Shown: positions 1 through 9,010 of the stretch, one piece after another
How positions within the stretch are numbered: the first letter of the stretch is position 1
Layout of the letters: the number at the start of each line of letters is the position of its first letter
From: Nitrosomonas sp.
Lineage (GTDB): Bacteria; Pseudomonadota; Gammaproteobacteria; Burkholderiales; Nitrosomonadaceae
Direction of reading: 5' to 3'
Assembly (NCBI GenBank): GCA_016710135.1
Contig: JADJLM010000004.1
Span: 1-32,000, forward strand
DNA: 32,000 nucleotides
Translations under genes and position numbers: made by a program
The notes under the pieces: model-generated
Databases searched by the model: none
Told to the model about the DNA's origin: nothing
Seen by the model: only the letters and a program-made list of their open reading frames with translations

Positions 1-53
1 ATTATCGAGAATGAACTGACGTATTTGTTCCCCTCTCTTTCTTAGTTTTGCCA
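1..53 (-). CDS. N-terminal 17 codons of an unidentified ORF that runs off the left edge
   Basis: Minus-strand ATG at 51-53 is followed by MAKLRKRGEQIRQFILDN up to position 1. No Shine-Dalgarno is visible. The fragment is too short to assign a family. Confidence 0.25.
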
Positions 54-65
54 TATTTTTTAGCT

Positions 66-126
66 ATTATTTGTCAACCTTTATAGCGATTATTGTCAAC
101 CTTTATAGCGATTATTGTCAACCTTA
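66..126. repeat. Tandem direct repeat, 22-23 bp unit x about 2.7 (attat(t)tgtcaacctttatagcg)
   Basis: Copies lie at 66-88 (23 bp, one extra t), 89-110 (22 bp) and 111-126 (truncated). The units abut with no spacer. On the minus strand every unit contains TTGACA. Confidence 0.9.
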
Positions 127-260
127 CCCCGTTGTTTGTAGAGAACAAATAAACTGTAGGCAATAGCAAGTTGATTTACTTACGGTATAATTAATCGCAG
201 TTAGCTACAATTAATGATTAAATCCACTTCCACTTAACAATAAGATGCGCTTAGTAGAAA

Positions 261-2244
261 CACGGGTAGAGTAAAGGACTGGCTTTCGATCGCCATTAGG
301 AGTTGCTTATCTGTTTCCGCCCCTTTCGTTTGGCGGTGCCTCAATAGCCATTCCATAGTCAACTTCACCAGCCCTTCCTCATCAAACCGTGCATGCGGTT
401 TTCCCGCCACAGCTTTCCGATGTTCTTCACACTAGGCATGCGCTGATTTCCAGCCTGCCGTTGTCGGAACCTTGTATAGCTCATATTTCGTATAAAGCTG
501 CTGGCTCGAAACGGCCAAGGCCTATCCCGCGATCCCTTGATCTTGTGGCGCTTCATCAGGTGTATGCGCAAGCGCTCTTCTGCGTGCGTTTTCACCTTTC
601 CCAATAGGACACTGGAATTGCGATAATGGAGTAGTTCGCCCACCCGAGAAGGGTGACGTTCATGCTCCAGACAATATCTTCCAGCGGTATCGGTGTGCGC
701 TCTCGTGCGGTCAATTGCGTTATACGCTGTTTGATTTTCGCAAGAGATTTCGCTGCTGGGCAGGCATGCGGATAACTTTTTCCTGACTTTTATTTCTTGC
801 TCACCCCGATTGCAAAACCCAAGAAGTTGAAGCTCTCTTGTCTGGCATCAACAATGCGCGTCTTGGTCTCATTCAACGTGAGATCAAGACGGCCCAATAC
901 TGCCGCACTGCATTCAAGGGCGCATCTACTTTGCCCGCACACAGCACAACAAAATCGTCCGCATAACGGACGATACACGCCTTCAGTTTCCAGCGTAGTT
1001 GATGCTTTCCCCATATCCGGTCAAGCAAATGCAGGTAGCAATTCGCCAGCAGCGGCGAGATGACGCCGCCTTGCGGCGTGCCTTTACTGTTGGTTTTCCC
1101 GCCACCCACATTTCTCCTGGTACCGCCCTTCTCCTCCCCGATAACCGGCGCTTTGAGCCATAATTTGATGATGTGTAAATTGCACCATCCACAATCCGCT
1201 CGGCCACAACGGCCAACAGCTTGGCGTGAGGAATGCTGTCAAAGTATTTCGACAGGTCGGCATCAATGACTTGTGTGTACCCTTGATGGAGTGCTTCCGC
1301 TATTTCATCAACCGCATCATGGGCGGATTTCTTTGGCCGGAATCCATAGGAGTTCGGACAGAAATCCGCTTCAAATATCGGTTCAATAACGAGCTTTACC
1401 GCCATCTGGGCTACTCGGTCACGGATGGTCGGTATCCCCAGCGGACGCTGACGCCGTCCACCTGGGGATCATGACGCGCCGTACCGGACTTGGGGTGTAG
1501 GTCTTGTCTTTCAGGTCTTGAGCTAATTCCGACAAAAACGCGTCTATCCCTATCTTCTGCTCTATGTCCTCGAAGTCCGTCCCATCAACACCGGGACTAC
1601 CAGAATTGGCGCGTACAAGGCGGTAAGCAAACATGAGGATGTCTGTCCGCCATACCTTGTCATATAAAGCATAGAAGCGATAGGCCGGTTCTTGCTTGGC
1701 CTTGATGTAAAGCTTCCTCTGTAGTGTCCTGATTGCTTCAGGGGTGGTTAGCGTCATGGCAATCCCCTCTTCCTCCACTCTTTGGTTGCATGAACAAAGT
1801 AGGGTTCCTTCCCTCGTCCGGGGTTATGTTGTCCCTTGATCTAAAACGGTACTATGAACCCCTCCGACTCCCGCTACGGCCTGCTGCGCTTTCGTTTCCT
1901 TATACGCAATAGTCGATGGCCTCCCCACCGCCGTATCGGGCCTCCAGCACTGGGCAATAAATCTTCTAGAACATGCCGACCCTGCTACCCCGGAAGTCGA
2001 TGGGTGACACTTCCGTTATTTCACCACCCATCCAACGGCCTTCCCCTTCTGACCACAGGGTCGGCTCCTCCAGCTCGTTTACGAGGCTTACATGTAGGTT
2101 CACTTGCGTTACGGCCTGCTTTCTTGCTGTGTGAAACTTACGACCCCGCGTTACCACGACGCCGCTTCCTCATGCTACCGAGGCGTACGGACAACTCCTC
2201 GGACGGGACTTTAACCCGCTAGATTTACTGCTGTTACTGCGAAC
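261..2244 (-). mobile_element. Bacterial group II intron (ribozyme plus decayed intron-encoded protein); boundaries approximate
   Basis: RT/maturase fragments at 432-1757 are flanked by non-coding, G+C-rich sequence. A domain V-like hairpin lies at 384-415 (minus strand AAGCUGUGGCGG-GAAAA-CCGCAUGCACGGUUU, containing the AGC triad). About 465 nt upstream of the ORF is available for domains I-III. The 5' end is tentatively GUUCGC at 2244 and the 3' end tentatively ..UUUAC at 261. Confidence 0.8.
432..1757 (-). pseudogene. Group II intron reverse transcriptase/maturase, disrupted by 5 frameshifts and 1 in-frame TAA
   Basis: Fragments in three frames read MTLTTPEAIRTLQRKLY.., ..RPLGIPTIRDRVAQMAVKLVIEPIFEADF.., ..GTPQGGVISPLLANCYLH..IVRYADDFVVLC (YADD RT site), ..LLGWANY/HYRNSS.. 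and a C-terminal ..YELYKVPTTAGWKSAHA* (stop 432-434). Frame breaks lie near 1464-1467, 1177-1179, about 900, about 630 and 494-496. The in-frame TAA is at 790-792. No endonuclease domain follows the maturase region. Confidence 0.9.
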
Positions 2245-2309
2245 GGTCAGGTCTTGCATAAACATATTACTGATTCTATCGCATCCAGATGCAATAAAAT
2301 TAGGCGTAC

Positions 2310-2990
2310 TTATTTACTCGCCACAGAAACGACAGTCTGCAGAAGCGTGGTGGCACATTGGATCACCGGGCCAGCCATTTCCTCATGTTGCATGATGGAC
2401 ATAAGACCCTCACCGAAATAGAGTCCATCCGATACAAGAAACGTGAGTCGAACATTATCCGATTTAGGAGGGGATCGACGCGGTTGTTTCCATGGACCGA
2501 TACGCGCAACTACCGGCTCAGATGCTGCCAAAAGCTTTTGCACGTGTGGCGCGAGATCAGTGGGCCCTTCAGAAATCACTAATTCCCCAGTGTGGTTAAT
2601 GTAGCGAACACCGCCTTCGGAATAAGCCGCAAGCGTATCTAGACCATCGGCAAGGGAAACTTCCGCGATCACTCCCAATAATACTTTGGCTGGTGGGTTT
2701 TCCCCAAGCGACCGTAAGCGCGCATGCGCCAGATATCGGATGCGGCCCTCCTGCGTAATATCATTCGCTAACGCCAGCAACGCAGATCGATCAGCCGGTT
2801 CGGCAAACAGCACCGTTTGCCAAGTTGCGGCGCTTTCTCCTTCCTTCGGTTTGAAGGCCGCTAGATTATCGCAGAACAGCAAGTTATAAATCTCATTGGC
2901 AGCTTCACTTTGATAAGGGGTGTAGGGTGGTTCACTGGTCGTCATCGCGGAGGCCCCAAAACCAAGCGTGGTAAAAAGTTTTCGTAGCAT
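2310..2990 (-). CDS. Hypothetical protein, 226 aa, no recognised family; possible short signal peptide
   Basis: Uninterrupted ORF with ATG at 2988-2990 preceded by GGGAGGAG. It lies 35-47 nt downstream of the PCP-like gene on the same strand. The N-terminus is MLRKLFTTLGFGASA. It is more G+C-rich than the core genes. Confidence 0.55.
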   Translation of the reverse strand: MLRKLFTTLGFGASAMTTSEPPYTPYQSEAANEIYNLLFCDNLAAFKPKEGESAATWQTVLFAEPADRSALLALANDITQEGRIRYLAHARLRSLGENPPAKVLLGVIAEVSLADGLDTLAAYSEGGVRYINHTGELVISEGPTDLAPHVQKLLAASEPVVARIGPWKQPRRSPPKSDNVRLTFLVSDGLYFGEGLMSIMQHEEMAGPVIQCATTLLQTVVSVASK

Positions 2991-3037
2991 AACTCCTCCC
3001 AATAAAAAATTAACTGCTTGAATTCAAACGATCTGTG

Positions 3038-5011
3038 TTAAAAGGCCTCCAACGGATAAAACAAATTAACGGCTGATGCTGCTAACTTAGATCCTAACGG
3101 TGCAAATTGACTTAATGTCGATAATTCAGCAGGAGTGATGTGTCCTACGATTTGCGCTAGGTCTGAAAGCCGCATCCCTTGCCTAACTAAATAAATCAGA
3201 TAGGTTTGCCGTAATGCACCCGCTGAAATGCCCTCTGCCGCAGTCAAACCGGCATCGACAATTGTGCAAGTCAGCAAAACCGCCAAATCATCCAGATTGA
3301 GCGCTTGGCCTGATGCCCCACTCAGGTTATACCCACTCGTTTCTACTGAGCGCCGCAATGCAGGATGGAGCGGTACTTTTCTCGGATATTTTCCTAGGAT
3401 GGAAAGCTGGTTATTTTCAAGATCAAAACACTGCGGATCGAGTGCGGCAATTTCATCAAGCGTCAGCCCACTCAATAGCAATGCCATAAGTTGTTGCTCT
3501 TTATTGTTGCCGGCCTGAAAAAGCAAGTGAATTTTTTGGGGCGCAATTTCCTGAATGACGCCACCGATCAAAGCCGGTTGAACTGATTGTTGCGCTAGCG
3601 TGCGTTGCTGTGTCATCGGTAACTGATTGACCACTTCCCGTGCAGATTCTTCACCGCCATAGATATGCACCCCGGAGAGATTGATCGCGAGCTTGGCTTT
3701 CTCTTTGCGGGTTAAAAATTCCACTACCCAAACTGCAATCAACCCCATGATAAGCGAGCCAATCAAGGCAATCAGTGAATCACGTGAATAATCAGGCCAA
3801 ATTGGATGCAAGGGTGTCGTAGCACGTTCCACTACATCGACTTGTGGGAATTTCCCGCCATACTTGGTTTCTATTTGGATCAATCGCTCTTGTGCCTCGC
3901 GTAATCGTTGCTCAAGCCCTTCGAGATCAGTTTTTAATGCTTCATGTTCCGTAAAGCGCGCCGTAAAATCAGCCGCTTTTTTCTTATGCGCTTCTAGCTG
4001 ATCCCGAATCGCTTGTGTGGTTTGAAGCGTAGCAGCGTATTCTTGTTCGGCTTCTGAAAGCACAATCCTTTGACCCGCGCTGCGGAGCTGATCGATTTCA
4101 GTTTGTAATGTCGCTATTTTCTCTGGAATGACTTTTAAAGCAGGTGTTAGCGCCATATATTCGCGGGTATAACGACGATCTAAGTCGGCAAGCTCCTCCT
4201 TCAATTCTTGTGCACGCTTCTCAAGCATTGCCAATTTTTGTGTGTCTTCTTTTGGCACCACAGCTTGGCCTTTGGCAATGGATTTTTTAATTGAATCCAA
4301 ACGCGCCTTGGCTTTGACTTCTTCTTCAATCGCTTTATTTAACGAGTCATTTAACCCCTTTAGCCTTGCTAAAGCCTCATTCTCCTCCCTGCCAGTGGAA
4401 ACGATGTGGTTGTTTTCACGAAATAACTCAATCTCGATGCGTTTCTGGTTGATTTTCTCCGTTAAACCGCTGATCTCGGTTTGAATTCTTTGCGTGGTAT
4501 CACCCGTTGCCTGGGCAATCTCGTTTTCTCTGCCTTTAAGGTAAACATCGAGCCAGGTATTGACTAGAATCGGTAAGATTTTGGGATCAGGCCCTTCCGC
4601 GACGATCTCGACCAAATTCGTTTCTGCGACTGGCCGGACATCAAGCATGCTACGGATATCCGAAGCAGTTAACTGGGTTTTAACCTCCGGATGCGATTGG
4701 AGCGTTTTTATGATCTCTGCCAACATATCCGCACCCAGCAGCAACTGCTTTTGGATCGCGACATGCTGAAGATCGACGTCGACACTCCTTTGGTCGATTG
4801 CTGTTTTTGCCATGGTCAGCAAGGTTGCATGACTACGATAGATTGATGAACGTCCCAACACATAGCTCATCGAAATAACTGCAGTTACAACAAAAGCGAT
4901 AAGAAAAATCAGCATGCGCTTCGATTTTAGCCATGATGGCGGATCAGATAACGGCTGCCCTGCTCGATGTAAAGGCGGGGTAACTTCTATTTGAGGAAAA
5001 TGATTTCTCAC
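3038..5011 (-). CDS. Polysaccharide co-polymerase (Wzz/GumC-type chain-length determinant) family protein with a non-kinase, tyrosine-recombinase-like C-terminal domain
   Basis: 657-aa ORF with a GTG start at 5009-5011. TM1 is MLIFLIAFVVTAVISMSYVL. A long coiled-coil periplasmic region follows. The Pro-rich motif plus TM2 reads VERATTPLHPIWPDYSRDSLIALIGSLIMGLIAVWVVEFL. The C-terminal ~160 aa resemble an integrase catalytic fold (..LLLSGLTLDEIAAL..GKYPRKVPLHP..ALRQTYLIYLVRQGMRLSDLAQIVGH..). No Walker A/B motifs are present. Confidence 0.75.
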   Translation of the reverse strand: MRNHFPQIEVTPPLHRAGQPLSDPPSWLKSKRMLIFLIAFVVTAVISMSYVLGRSSIYRSHATLLTMAKTAIDQRSVDVDLQHVAIQKQLLLGADMLAEIIKTLQSHPEVKTQLTASDIRSMLDVRPVAETNLVEIVAEGPDPKILPILVNTWLDVYLKGRENEIAQATGDTTQRIQTEISGLTEKINQKRIEIELFRENNHIVSTGREENEALARLKGLNDSLNKAIEEEVKAKARLDSIKKSIAKGQAVVPKEDTQKLAMLEKRAQELKEELADLDRRYTREYMALTPALKVIPEKIATLQTEIDQLRSAGQRIVLSEAEQEYAATLQTTQAIRDQLEAHKKKAADFTARFTEHEALKTDLEGLEQRLREAQERLIQIETKYGGKFPQVDVVERATTPLHPIWPDYSRDSLIALIGSLIMGLIAVWVVEFLTRKEKAKLAINLSGVHIYGGEESAREVVNQLPMTQQRTLAQQSVQPALIGGVIQEIAPQKIHLLFQAGNNKEQQLMALLLSGLTLDEIAALDPQCFDLENNQLSILGKYPRKVPLHPALRRSVETSGYNLSGASGQALNLDDLAVLLTCTIVDAGLTAAEGISAGALRQTYLIYLVRQGMRLSDLAQIVGHITPAELSTLSQFAPLGSKLAASAVNLFYPLEAF

Positions 5012-5056
5012 TCGATCACCGAATTATCAACATAAAGGAAAAAAATCATTTCCCAA

Positions 5057-5596
5057 TCACTGAATGGCTTTTTCAATGGCATTAATCATGTCAGGATCAG
5101 CAGGCGTCGTATGCGGACTAAATTGTTTGATAAATTTTCCATCACGACCAATCAGAAATTTATGAAAATTCCACGTTGGATAAGTCCCTGACACTTCTGC
5201 CAAATGTTTGAAAAAAGCGTTTGCTTGTTCGCTTTTCACAGTCACTTTCTCAAACATGGGAAACTGCACACCATAAGTCAGGCGGCAAAAATCTTGAATC
5301 TGCGCTTCAGTTCCAGGTTCCTGACCCATAAAATCATTTGAAGGAAAACCCAGCACTGAGAATCCTGACTTCTCATATTTTTCATGAAGCTTCTCAAGAC
5401 CATCATACTGGGGCGTATAACCGCATTTACTGGCGGTATTGACCACTAGTAGCACTTTTCCTGCATAGGTATCGCAAAGATTAACCTCCTCGGTACCAGC
5501 CAGTTTTCGGAAACGATGATCCAGCAGATTACTTTGACAGACCGCGAACACAGATTGAGCAGCACAAACAAACAAAAACAATACGATAATTCGCAT
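5057..5596 (-). CDS. gpx: Glutathione peroxidase (Cys-type), with N-terminal signal peptide
   Basis: Motifs NTASKCGYTPQY, FPSNDFMGQEPG and WNFHKFLIGRDG are present. The ATG at 5594-5596 is preceded by AAGGAGA at 7 nt. The signal-like N-terminus is MRIIVLFLFVCAAQSVFA. The longer ORF-track start at 5650 lacks an RBS. Confidence 0.92.
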   Translation of the reverse strand: MRIIVLFLFVCAAQSVFAVCQSNLLDHRFRKLAGTEEVNLCDTYAGKVLLVVNTASKCGYTPQYDGLEKLHEKYEKSGFSVLGFPSNDFMGQEPGTEAQIQDFCRLTYGVQFPMFEKVTVKSEQANAFFKHLAEVSGTYPTWNFHKFLIGRDGKFIKQFSPHTTPADPDMINAIEKAIQ

Positions 5597-5757
5597 CAAA
5601 TTTCTCCTTGTTGTTAATTGAAGGATATGCCGAACCGTACATTCATACAAGCATTCGCAATAACCTTTCAGGTTGAGATAACTGCTGCTGCCAATATCGC
5701 TTGGCTTCTCTATGTGATAACCACAGTTAGAAAGTTCATATAGCTAAGCAATATTGA

Positions 5758-8226
5758 CTATTTTTCAGCGCGTCGCACAAACCGTTTATGCTCAGATTTA
5801 GGACGTTCGATTTGCTGGCATGCATGCCGGTAAGCACGTAATGTTCTCTGCGCATAACCCAGAATACTCTCATGAGAATAATTAATGATCTCATGTAAAT
5901 TGGTTTCAGCAGTAATTCCTGCTGGATAGCCCATTATTAATTCAATTCCTTCAGCAATGTGCTGTGCCGTATAGACATGAAACAACCCTTGTGCAACTGC
6001 TTCGATCACATCGTGTGGAAGCATCAAGTTATGCTGATTGCGCTGCGGAATGAGTACACCCTGCGATCCATCTAATCCAGCAGTCTTACAAACACTAAAA
6101 TAACCTTCGATTTTTTCGTTGATGCCGCCAATGGGTAGAATCTCTCCATATTGATTTACCGCTCCAGTCACGGCAATCCCTTGTTTGATTGGTATACCCG
6201 AAAGCGCTGAAATTAAAGCAAATAATTCTGCGCAGGATGCGGAATCACCCTCAATACCGCTATACTCCTGTTCAAATACTATCGACGCATTAAGTGCAAG
6301 GGGTGCGATACTGGCAAACAGCGCTGATAAATAGCTTTGCAGGATAAATACACCCTTATCGTGAATAGGTCCAGAAAGCCCCACTTCCCGCTCGATATTC
6401 AGCACGCCGCTTTCACCTGCATAAGTATGTGCAGTAATTCGTACAGGCGCACCAAAGCAGTGATCTCCCAAGTCGATCTGAACAAGACCGTTGATTTGGC
6501 CAATTCTTTCCTCGCTGGTTTCAATCAAAATATCGCCATCGGCAATTGCTTCTTGTAGACAACAATCAGGATAATTATGGCGAAATAAGCGCGCTTGAAT
6601 CGCCGTTTCGACATCCACCACATCAACCAAACACCCTGCATGTACCTTACATTGCGCAGCACTTTCTAATACCAACGTTTCGGCTCGACTAAAAATAGCG
6701 CTTTGTCGCAACTGATCATTGGCGTCTCGATGACAATCCTCCAGTAAACGAGCAACCGCTTTGGCGCTGAAGTGAGGTAAATTTGACTCTTGGCAGGCAT
6801 GTGCCACAAAAATTGAAGAAGCACGTCGAATCTGCTCATTTGAAACAAAACTATCTGCAAAATCAACTTTGACCCTGAAACGTCGAGCTAGCTCTGGGTT
6901 TTCTTCCTGGATTAAATAGTATTGTTCACGTGAGCCGATTAGAACAATTTTAACCTGAGCATCGATTGCTTATGGCACAAGGGAAGCCGTCGCAACTTGG
7001 GTGAGATTTGCCCCTGGTTCTTCGATTTGTAATTTATTACTGCGTAACAAGCGGCATAACTTTTCCCATACCAGATTATCCACAAGCAAGTCGTCTAGAT
7101 ATAGCATTAAGAATCCACCATGCGCTTTAAGTAAGCTACCTGCACGGATACGTGTAAAATCGGTTTCAAACGTCCCTTCGATCGATTGATAATCAATACT
7201 CCCAAACAATGAGCGATAAGAAGGGCTTTCATCGATAATGACAGGAGCGCCTTTTTGATCCTGATTATCAATCACTAAATGAATCTGGTAGCAAAATAGT
7301 AGTGATTTTAATTCTTCCAGCCGTTTTTCTTCATCAGCATCTGAAATTCTAAACAGCTCAAGATGATCGAGGATATCTTCCTCCATCTTTGCCACAAACC
7401 GATTAAGCTTTTGCTGATCCTCATCGCACACACATGCACCATCACGAATCATGGCAAGCTCATTTTTCAATAACCGTTTAATTCCGCTACGCTGCAGGTT
7501 GTTCAACGCTTCATCTTTGATGCGCTCCAGTGGGCGGACTTTCTCAAAATAGCTTGCAATTTCTGCTTGCAGAACCTGTTCGAGTTGTTCAAACGCTTGT
7601 CGCTTTTCCTTCGATAAGGCCAACACCTCAGCATCTGTTAGCACCTTTCCAGAATCATCGAGTAATGTGAAAATCATTCGATTTGATTCACGCTGAATCG
7701 CAAAATGATGCTGCTCAGCAAATGCATCTAGTTTCCTATAGGCTTGCGCTTCATCAAGCTTAAATTTTCTTTCGATTCGCTCACTTTCTGCTTTAAAGTC
7801 TCGCCCTTCAAAATAACGGGGTACTTCAATCTGCAAATATTTCACAAACTGTGCTAGCTCCTGGCGCAATATGCAACCTTGCCCTGCAGGAAGTCTTAGT
7901 GCAAGCGGTCTTTCTGGCATTTCAAAGTTATGGATATAACACAAATCTGTTGGAATAGCTTTGTTCTGGGCAATCTTTGTCATGGCTTGTTTGAGCAAGG
8001 AAGATCGACCGCTTCCCACTTCTCCCAGCACAAATAAATTATAGTCAGGGTGCTCCATCTCCAGCCCGAAGTAGGCTGCTTTTTCTGCACGTTCCTGCCC
8101 AATCCATGACAACGGCTGATCAATCAACTCCGACGTGTCTGAGAACCCTAATGAATCGGGATCAATTGTTAAGCGAAGCGCTTGAGGAGCTAATTCATTC
8201 ATAAAATAAGTAATTTGTTTACTCAA
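5758..8226 (-). pseudogene. Lon-like AAA+ ATP-dependent protease (COG1067-type), interrupted by one in-frame TAA at 6970-6972
   Basis: ORFs 6970-8226 and 5758-6969 are in the same frame. The junction reads ..ATASLVP*AIDAQVKIVLIGSREQYYLIQEENPELARRFRVKVDFADS... The P-loop-like motif is LGEVGSGRSSL. The Lon protease domain has GDSAS (Ser) and GGINEKIEG (Lys). A continuous product would be about 822 aa. Confidence 0.85.
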
Positions 8227-8326
8227 ACGAAACTGTTAAAGAGAGTGATTTTACTTCACTTTGCTATCTGCCTTAGAAAAAGGTATCTTGATCAGGCTTA
8301 GAACACAATTAGATCAGTCAAATAAA

Positions 8327-8917
8327 ATGAATTTTCTCATCTCAGGCGCAACGGGATTTATCGGTCAACAACTTGTAGCGCGACTTAAAGCAGAACACTG
8401 CGTTAAGGTACTTAGCAGGGATCGGATACATGCTGAACGTTTGCTCGGCGTCCCTGCCTATGATTGGAACTATAGGCTTGATCCAGTGCCGACTGAGGCG
8501 CTTGAAGATGTACAAGTTATTATTCATTTGATGGGTGAGAATTTGGGAAATGGCCGATGGACTGAGCAGCGTAAGCAAGAAATTTATCAATCGCGTATCT
8601 TAAGTACACGCAAATTGGTCGAAGCAGTTGCACTCGATGAGCGCTATCAAGGCCCTATCAACGCAGTTTCACCCAACCCTGTGCAGTACCAAGAATTTTC
8701 AGAAACTCTGGGCAATGTTTTGCACAGACCTATTTTTCTAACAATTCCCGCTTTTATCCTTAAGTTAGCATTGGGAGAAGCAGCGGTCTTAGCATTGAAC
8801 AGTTATCGCATCGAACCAACTAAACTGATTCGTTCCTATGATTTTCATTTTAAATTCATACAAATTAGCACTGCGTTAGAAAATATTATCCAGAAAACTA
8901 GCCTTAAGCTAAATTGA
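8327..8917 (+). CDS. TIGR01777/YfcH-like epimerase-family protein, apparently with a ~100-aa in-frame internal deletion
   Basis: It starts MNFLISGATGFIGQ (Rossmann motif) and ends with a DUF1731-like tail (GPINAVSPNPVQYQEFSETLGNVLHRPIF..GEAAVLALNSYRIEPTKL). It is only 196 aa against the ~300 aa I remember for E. coli YfcH. The middle of the fold is absent around 8627-8650. Confidence 0.7.
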   Translation: MNFLISGATGFIGQQLVARLKAEHCVKVLSRDRIHAERLLGVPAYDWNYRLDPVPTEALEDVQVIIHLMGENLGNGRWTEQRKQEIYQSRILSTRKLVEAVALDERYQGPINAVSPNPVQYQEFSETLGNVLHRPIFLTIPAFILKLALGEAAVLALNSYRIEPTKLIRSYDFHFKFIQISTALENIIQKTSLKLN

Positions 8918-9010
8918 TTTACGTAGAATAAGTATTAGTTTTATGATTAACAGCGTTATCTTTTTGCAGTTATCCCAATTTTGTTTTCAACTAGGAGTAT
9001 TAAAACCATT

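Noticed and set aside
66-126. Possible CRISPR array
   Set aside because: The repeat units abut directly with no spacers, there are only ~2.7 copies, and no cas genes are in the window. It is a simple tandem repeat.
365-431. C-terminal tail of ORF 365-643 (..RQAGNQRMPSVKNIGKLWRENRMHGLMRKGW) as genuine protein sequence
   Set aside because: It results from a frame error near 494-496. The corrected frame ends with the canonical maturase terminus ..YELYKVPTTAGWKSAHA* at 432-434. The tail simply reads through ribozyme domain V.
1854-2222. 122-aa plus-strand ORF
   Set aside because: It lies antisense to group II intron domains I-III. The translation is Arg/Pro/Leu-rich and low-complexity, typical of a spurious ORF in G+C-rich structured RNA, and it has no RBS.
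6666-6866. 66-aa minus-strand ORF in the apparent gap of the Lon-like gene
   Set aside because: It is out of frame with both halves. The true frame across 6808-6969 translates into conserved Lon-like sequence.
6970-6972. Stop-codon recoding (selenocysteine/pyrrolysine) in the Lon-like protease
   Set aside because: The codon is TAA, not TGA or TAG. No SECIS-like element is apparent. The family has no known recoded member to my knowledge.
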